A stretch of DNA of 39,721 nt from NCBI GenBank assembly GCA_002256025.1, contig NKIB01014885.1:1-39721 (forward strand), in the 5' to 3' direction. The stretch's first letter is position 1. Every line of letters starts with the position of its first letter. Position numbers and translations under genes: made by a program. The DNA is from Asterionella formosa. Lineage: Eukaryota. The notes beneath the pieces were generated by a model. The model worked only from the letters and a program-made list of their open reading frames with translations. It made no database searches and was not told where the DNA came from. Shown in pieces: positions 34,631 to 39,721 of the stretch.

Positions 34631-34839
34631 GTACCCCTGGTACCAGGTATCAGAACCACGACCTGTGACGAGCTGCAGCATGTGTGGTACCTGGTACCAG
34701 GTACCAGGGGTGCCGTAACTATGTTTACGATGCATCATTCTCCGAGTAGCAGTAACTGGTACCAGCACCATGCATACGTAAATTTCGATACTGTACTGCT
34801 GGTCGTAGGATCTGACTACCGGTACATACCGATACCAGG
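34631..34839. repeat. TA-CCWGG-TA arrays 150-350 bp upstream of ERGIC3
   Basis: gtacccctggtaccaggta; ggtacctggtaccaggtaccagg; ctggtaccag; taccggtacataccgataccagg. Confidence 0.88.
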
Positions 34840-34986
34840 AGTTTGATTCATGCAGGATGATCAACCTGCATGGATGAGGGAAGTCATTTTTGCGTCGCCC
34901 ATCATCAATTTAGCTTCTTTCCTCCTTCTTCTTGAGCTATAACAACTTTGCGTACGACTCATTCTCTAATCAGAACCTTGTCCGAC

Positions 34987-36495
34987 ATGTCTGACAATGG
35001 AAGCAACTACGCTTCTTATCGAGCTCAATCAAATGCAAATTACTATCAGTCTTATTCACAAGCGGTGAATCCAATTCCTCCCGCCGATGAAGGCCTGCGA
35101 CGGCGGACAGCACCTGCGCCTCCCGGGAGAGCAGCGAAACATCCACCCGCCCCTTCGTCTGCATCAAAAGTCGTTAAGAATCTAGATTTTATGTTCCCCA
35201 AGGTAGAATCCGAGTTTACTGTCCGATCAGAGCGTGGCGGGATGGCCTCGCTGGTAGCCCTGTTGGTTATTGCTGTGCTTGCCCTTGCAGAGATTATGGC
35301 GTGGGTAGCCCAAAATTCAGCAACGACGGAGCACATCTCAGTCAACACAGCCTTGGGTAAACGCATGCGTGTCAATATTAACATCACCTTTCCTGCCCTG
35401 GCCTGTGAAGATTTGCATGTAGACGCGATGGATGTGGCTGGCGATTCTCAAATTGATGTCGAGGACACGTTGGTCAAGAGACAGCTTCGCCCGGATGGCA
35501 CCCTCTATAGCTTCAAAGAGGTTGAGGTGGAGATGAATGCTCATAGACAGGTGCAAGAAGAGAAGGAAGCCATTATCAAGAAAGAACTACCGGAAAAATA
35601 TTGTGGTCCTTGCTACGGGGGCCATGATGAGGAGGATCAATGTTGTCAAACCTGTGATGAGGTCATTGAAGCATACAAGAAGAAGAAATGGAGAACGGAT
35701 CTACTTCAGTACACCGCTGAACAATGCATTCGCGAAGGTCGTGACAAGAAGGAACCCAAGCGAATGACCAAGGGGCAGGGTTGTAATCTTAGTGGTTTCA
35801 TGACAGTCAATAGGGTGGCTGGGAACTTTCATATTGCCATGGGAGAAGGCATTGAGCGCGATGGGCGACACATTCATACGTTTGTACCAGAAGATGCACC
35901 TAATTTTAATGCCTCGCACATAATTCATCAGCTGAGTTTTGGGCCTGGTGAGGAGAACAAGGCCCCCATGAATGGCGTGACCAAGTTTGTCGGGAAACAG
36001 CATGGAACTACTGGATTATTTCAATATTTCATCAAGGTGGTGCCCACCACCTATATTGGAGATGACCTGATTCCATTGGACGCTAAGAAAGCCATGACCC
36101 TTCCTTCCTTGTACCCTGAAGTGGAGGAGAGTGAGAGAACGGGCGTGCTGGAAACGAACCGCTACTTCTTTACGGAGCGATTCCGTCCGCTAATGCGAGA
36201 GTATATTGACGACGAAGACATGGAGGAAGATGATCCCAGAAAAGCTGGCGTCCATGCAGGAGCTACTGGAGGCCATCATCATGTGGATCATCATAAGATT
36301 CAAAACGCCGTCCTGCCCGGAATATTCTTTATTTATGAGATATATCCGTTTGCTGTGGAGGTTACCAAAAACACCGTTCCGTTTACACATTTATTGATCC
36401 GGTTAATGGCTACCGTCGGTGGAGTGTTTACTGTTGCAAGTTGGGCTGACGCTGCACTCTCCGGTCAAAGCATTCGACGACGAGGTGCGTTGTAA
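34987..36495 (+). CDS. ERGIC3: ER-Golgi intermediate compartment protein 3 / Erv46-like COPII vesicle protein (about 502 aa)
   Basis: First ATG at 34987. Motifs LDFMFPKV, N-terminal TM, NITFPALACEDLHVDAMDVAG, YCGPCYG, CCQTCDEV, GCNLSGFMTVNRVAGNFH, FQYFIKVVPT, LPGIFFIYEIYP, HLLIRLMATVGGVFTV. Confidence 0.93.
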   Translation: MSDNGSNYASYRAQSNANYYQSYSQAVNPIPPADEGLRRRTAPAPPGRAAKHPPAPSSASKVVKNLDFMFPKVESEFTVRSERGGMASLVALLVIAVLALAEIMAWVAQNSATTEHISVNTALGKRMRVNINITFPALACEDLHVDAMDVAGDSQIDVEDTLVKRQLRPDGTLYSFKEVEVEMNAHRQVQEEKEAIIKKELPEKYCGPCYGGHDEEDQCCQTCDEVIEAYKKKKWRTDLLQYTAEQCIREGRDKKEPKRMTKGQGCNLSGFMTVNRVAGNFHIAMGEGIERDGRHIHTFVPEDAPNFNASHIIHQLSFGPGEENKAPMNGVTKFVGKQHGTTGLFQYFIKVVPTTYIGDDLIPLDAKKAMTLPSLYPEVEESERTGVLETNRYFFTERFRPLMREYIDDEDMEEDDPRKAGVHAGATGGHHHVDHHKIQNAVLPGIFFIYEIYPFAVEVTKNTVPFTHLLIRLMATVGGVFTVASWADAALSGQSIRRRGAL

Positions 36496-36668
36496 CATTA
36501 GATTACTTATCTATAATGATAATAGGAAAACGGAGAACGATTTTTAGAACAAGAGCAAAGCAATGCTTCCCAAAACCGATTTACAAAATAGAACGGAGTC
36601 CGCGCGACGACTTGCTACATTGTAGATTGATTAACAAGATAGTATTTGCCCAATAACGATAAAGATAT

Positions 36669-37115
36669 TTACTTGGCCATTGGATGAGCAGTAATATATT
36701 CCACGGCATCACTAATACTGGCAATTTTGTCAGCCTCGGCGTCTGGAATTTCGACAGCGAATTCGTCCTCAATCGCCATGACAACTTCCACAGCGTCCAA
36801 CGAGTCTAAGCCCAAATCTTCTGCGAATTTCGATTCAGGGGTGACCTTGTCTTCGTCAACTTTGTCAAAGTTCTTCACAACTTGTACAATACGTTCGGTG
36901 ACTTCGCTGGCATCCAAAAACGACTGAAGTGCGAGAGAGAGGAGGGTGGCAAGGTTGTGAGAATAATCTGGGCTAAAAAGTGTTAATTTTGCACGTCAAC
37001 TTACTCCCCCCGAGAAGTATCGCAGATGATTAGGCTGTCTCACAACAGCAAACGTATTGTTGCTCACGACTGCTCGAGCAGCAACACGGGAGGCGACACG
37101 GGCAGCAGAGAACAT
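36669..37115 (-). CDS. NDUFAB1: Mitochondrial acyl carrier protein (NDUFAB1/ACP1-like); exons 37115-37005 and 36923-36669, 121 aa
   Basis: Exon 1 MFSAARVASRVAARAVVSNNTFAVVRQPNHLRYFSGG is an Arg-rich, acid-free presequence. GTAAGT...CTTCAG intron at 37004-36924. Exon 2 carries the phosphopantetheine motif DLGLDSLDAVEVVMAIEDEF. Confidence 0.93.
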
Positions 37116-37492
37116 GTTCTGAACAAAAGGGGATATAGGAGATGCGCAAATTGTGAGTAACACAGTCTCACGCAAGACGTACAGACCGCAATGAGCATGT
37201 TGTGCTGAATAATAATCTCGTCAATCCGTTGTTGGTGTTGCTTCTTGGACTCTTGTGTCTTCATGGTGCTTGGAACAACAAGTGATAGTTATTGCAGGAT
37301 GCAACGATCCATGGTACAGGATCAGGCACACACCTTTTTGTTTCAACAAAGCAAAAGGTTGCTTCTTGTTATGTGACGCAGTATGCCGTGGTGAAAGAAA
37401 ATAAGGAGAGGATGCATCGAGCAAGCAGTATTATATCATACACGGTAAATGTACGATATGTATCATGCGCAAAGCATCTACCGTGTAACCCT

Positions 37493-37542
37493 TACCTGGT
37501 ACCAGGAACCTTACAGCCTCTATTAGCTATACCTGGTACCAG
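37493..37542. repeat. TA-CCWGG-TA array running into the assembly gap
   Basis: tacctggtaccagg ... tacctggtaccag immediately before the Ns. Confidence 0.85.
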
Positions 37543-38132
37543 NNNNNNNNNNNNNNNNNNNNNNNNNNNNNNNNNNNNNNNNNNNNNNNNNNNNNNNNNN
37601 NNNNNNNNNNNNNNNNNNNNNNNNNNNNNNNNNNNNNNNNNNNNNNNNNNNNNNNNNNNNNNNNNNNNNNNNNNNNNNNNNNNNNNNNNNNNNNNNNNNN
37701 NNNNNNNNNNNNNNNNNNNNNNNNNNNNNNNNNNNNNNNNNNNNNNNNNNNNNNNNNNNNNNNNNNNNNNNNNNNNNNNNNNNNNNNNNNNNNNNNNNNN
37801 NNNNNNNNNNNNNNNNNNNNNNNNNNNNNNNNNNNNNNNNNNNNNNNNNNNNNNNNNNNNNNNNNNNNNNNNNNNNNNNNNNNNNNNNNNNNNNNNNNNN
37901 NNNNNNNNNNNNNNNNNNNNNNNNNNNNNNNNNNNNNNNNNNNNNNNNNNNNNNNNNNNNNNNNNNNNNNNNNNNNNNNNNNNNNNNNNNNNNNNNNNNN
38001 NNNNNNNNNNNNNNNNNNNNNNNNNNNNNNNNNNNNNNNNNNNNNNNNNNNNNNNNNNNNNNNNNNNNNNNNNNNNNNNNNNNNNNNNNNNNNNNNNNNN
38101 NNNNNNNNNNNNNNNNNNNNNNNNNNNNNNNN
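37543..38132. other. Assembly gap (590 N)
   Basis: Run of n characters. Confidence 0.99.
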
Positions 38133-38192
38133 ACCCCCATCAGCTTTCCTAACATTGATCTCAACAATACAACAATAGTCTACTACAGCATA

Positions 38193-39694
38193 ATGAGCGC
38201 AGACGACTTGGAAGGAGACGACATTTGGGGGGAAACCAAAGTAGATGACGCAGTCGCAGCGGAGCAGCCCGTAGCAGAAGGAGCACAAGAGCCGGAGTTG
38301 GAAGATGACGAAACCAGACACATGTCGATCGGCGAATTAAGACAGCGTATTCATCTGCTAAACAATGACATTCGCATCATGAAGTCGGATGTTCAACGTA
38401 TCAACCATGAATCGCGTGGACAACGAGAGAGAATCAGAGACAATCAGGAAAAGGTCAAGCTAAATAAACAACTTCCATACCTCGTCGCTAATGTTGTGGA
38501 GATCCTCGAGCCTGATGCTGAAGATGGTGCGTACCTGCCCTAGACTTTCTACTATACTTGTGACTGCACGCACGCACGCATCCATGCCTTGCACTGCAGA
38601 TCAATACATTTCAAACCAAGCGCTCACTGTAACATTACCTCCTATCGACAGGTCTCGAAGAGGAAGAAAAGGATAGTGGTGAGTCTACTGACGTCGATGC
38701 AAATCGCAAAACACGTTCTGCTGTTGTCCGCACTTCCACTCGTCAAACCATTTTCTTGCCTATTCCCGGGCTTGTCAACTCGGAAGAGCTCAGGCCCTCG
38801 GATCTTGTCGGGACCAACAAGGATTCATACTTGATTCTAGAAAAGCTCCCGGCGGAGTTCGACTCGCGCGTCACTGCCATGGAAGTAGACGAACGGCCCA
38901 CGGAAGAATACAGCGACATCGGAGGAGCAGATCAGCAAATCCAGGAATTGATTGAAGCAGTTGTCTTGCCCATGACACACAAAGAAATGTTTGATGCTAT
39001 TGGGATTCGCCCGCCCAAAGGGGTCTTGCTACACGGACCTCCGGGAACTGGAAAAACGTTGTTAGCGAGAGCTTGTGCCAATCAAACAAATGCCGTCTTT
39101 TTGAAGCTAGCCGGGCCACAGCTGGTTCAAATGTTCATTGGAGATGGGGCAAAGTTGATTAGGGACGCATTCGAACTGGCCAAGACGAAGATCAAGGAAG
39201 GAACATCCAAGGGAGCCATTTTATTTATTGACGAAATTGATGCTATTGGAACCAAACGTTTTGGAGGAGATCAGTCAGGCGATCGAGAAGTGCAGCGCAC
39301 CATGTTGGAGCTCTTGTCTCAACTGGACGGTTTCAGTAGTAATGAAATGATCAAGGTCATTGCTGCTACCAATCGTCCCGATGTTTTGGACCCGGCCTTG
39401 TTGCGCAGTGGGAGATTAGATCGAAAGATTGAGCTACCGCATCCAACCGAGGAAGCAAGAGCCAAAATTATGAGAATTCATGCTCGCAAAATGCATGTGT
39501 CACCTGATGTTGTCTTTGAAGAACTAGCGCGAAGCTGCGAAGACTTTAATGGAGCCCAGCTCAAAGCTGTGTGTGTCGAAGCTGGGATGTTGGCATTGAG
39601 ACGAGAGTCGAGTATCATTATGCATGAAGACTTTGTTGAGGCCATTACAGTTGTAGCGGCCAAGAAGAAGGGATCTTTGGATTATTTTGCTTAG
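38193..39694 (+). CDS. RPT5: 26S proteasome regulatory AAA-ATPase subunit RPT5 (PSMC3/6A); exons 38193-38526 and 38652-39694, 458 aa
   Basis: Exon 1 coiled coil and [17 protein letters not shown]; phase-1 GTGCGT...CGACAG intron; exon 2 [14 protein letters not shown], Walker [27 protein letters not shown], Walker B FIDEID, C-terminal HbYX-like DYFA. Confidence 0.96.
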
Positions 39695-39721
39695 AAACCC
39701 GTTTTCAAGATGATCATTTGG

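Noticed and set aside
34948..34986. Non-ATG starts in the ORF track (also 3995, 21471, 36917, 38756)
   Set aside because: TTG/GTG starts are a prokaryotic calling convention; ATG starts or upstream exons explain these genes.
4381..37542. TACCWGG arrays as CRISPR, telomeric or Dcm/restriction-site signals
   Set aside because: No constant repeat-spacer period and no cas genes; mixed orientation is unlike telomere tracts; the context is a eukaryotic nuclear genome.
37292..38321. Long ORFs of 214-286 aa in the track
   Set aside because: Artefacts of reading through the N gap.

Overview
Eukaryotic genomic DNA, most likely from a diatom. The inference rests on GT-AG introns with CTAAC-type branch sites, bipartite plastid-targeting N-termini and diatom-style transposon relics. 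Nine credible protein genes: a phosphoserine aminotransferase of the alphaproteobacterial/Methanosarcina type with a mitochondrial-like presequence (2 exons), a single-TM RS-rich orphan, a plastid DUF760 protein, a small plastid-targeted orphan, a 700-aa TPR protein, an Mpv17/PMP22 protein, ERGIC3/Erv46, mitochondrial acyl carrier protein (2 exons) and proteasome ATPase RPT5 (2 exons). Between about 14-20 kb and 22-34 kb lies a graveyard of DNA transposons: a pogo-like element with TIRs, a Harbinger transposase pseudogene, Tc1/mariner and MULE/SWIM relics, Stowaway-like MITEs, TTAA-flanked Kolobok-like elements and a decayed LRR array. There is one 590-bp assembly gap. The most striking signal is a linked set of three observations. 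(i) Short TA-CCWGG-TA arrays sit in the 5' flank of nearly every gene. (ii) Several TA-targeting elements end in CCA...TGG. (iii) Four such elements are chained end to end through single TA dinucleotides, and the chain runs directly into a TACCAGG array. I propose, as inference, a self-regenerating GG-TA-CC target in which the arrays are accumulated excision footprints at promoters. All family assignments are from motif recognition by eye; no searches were run.
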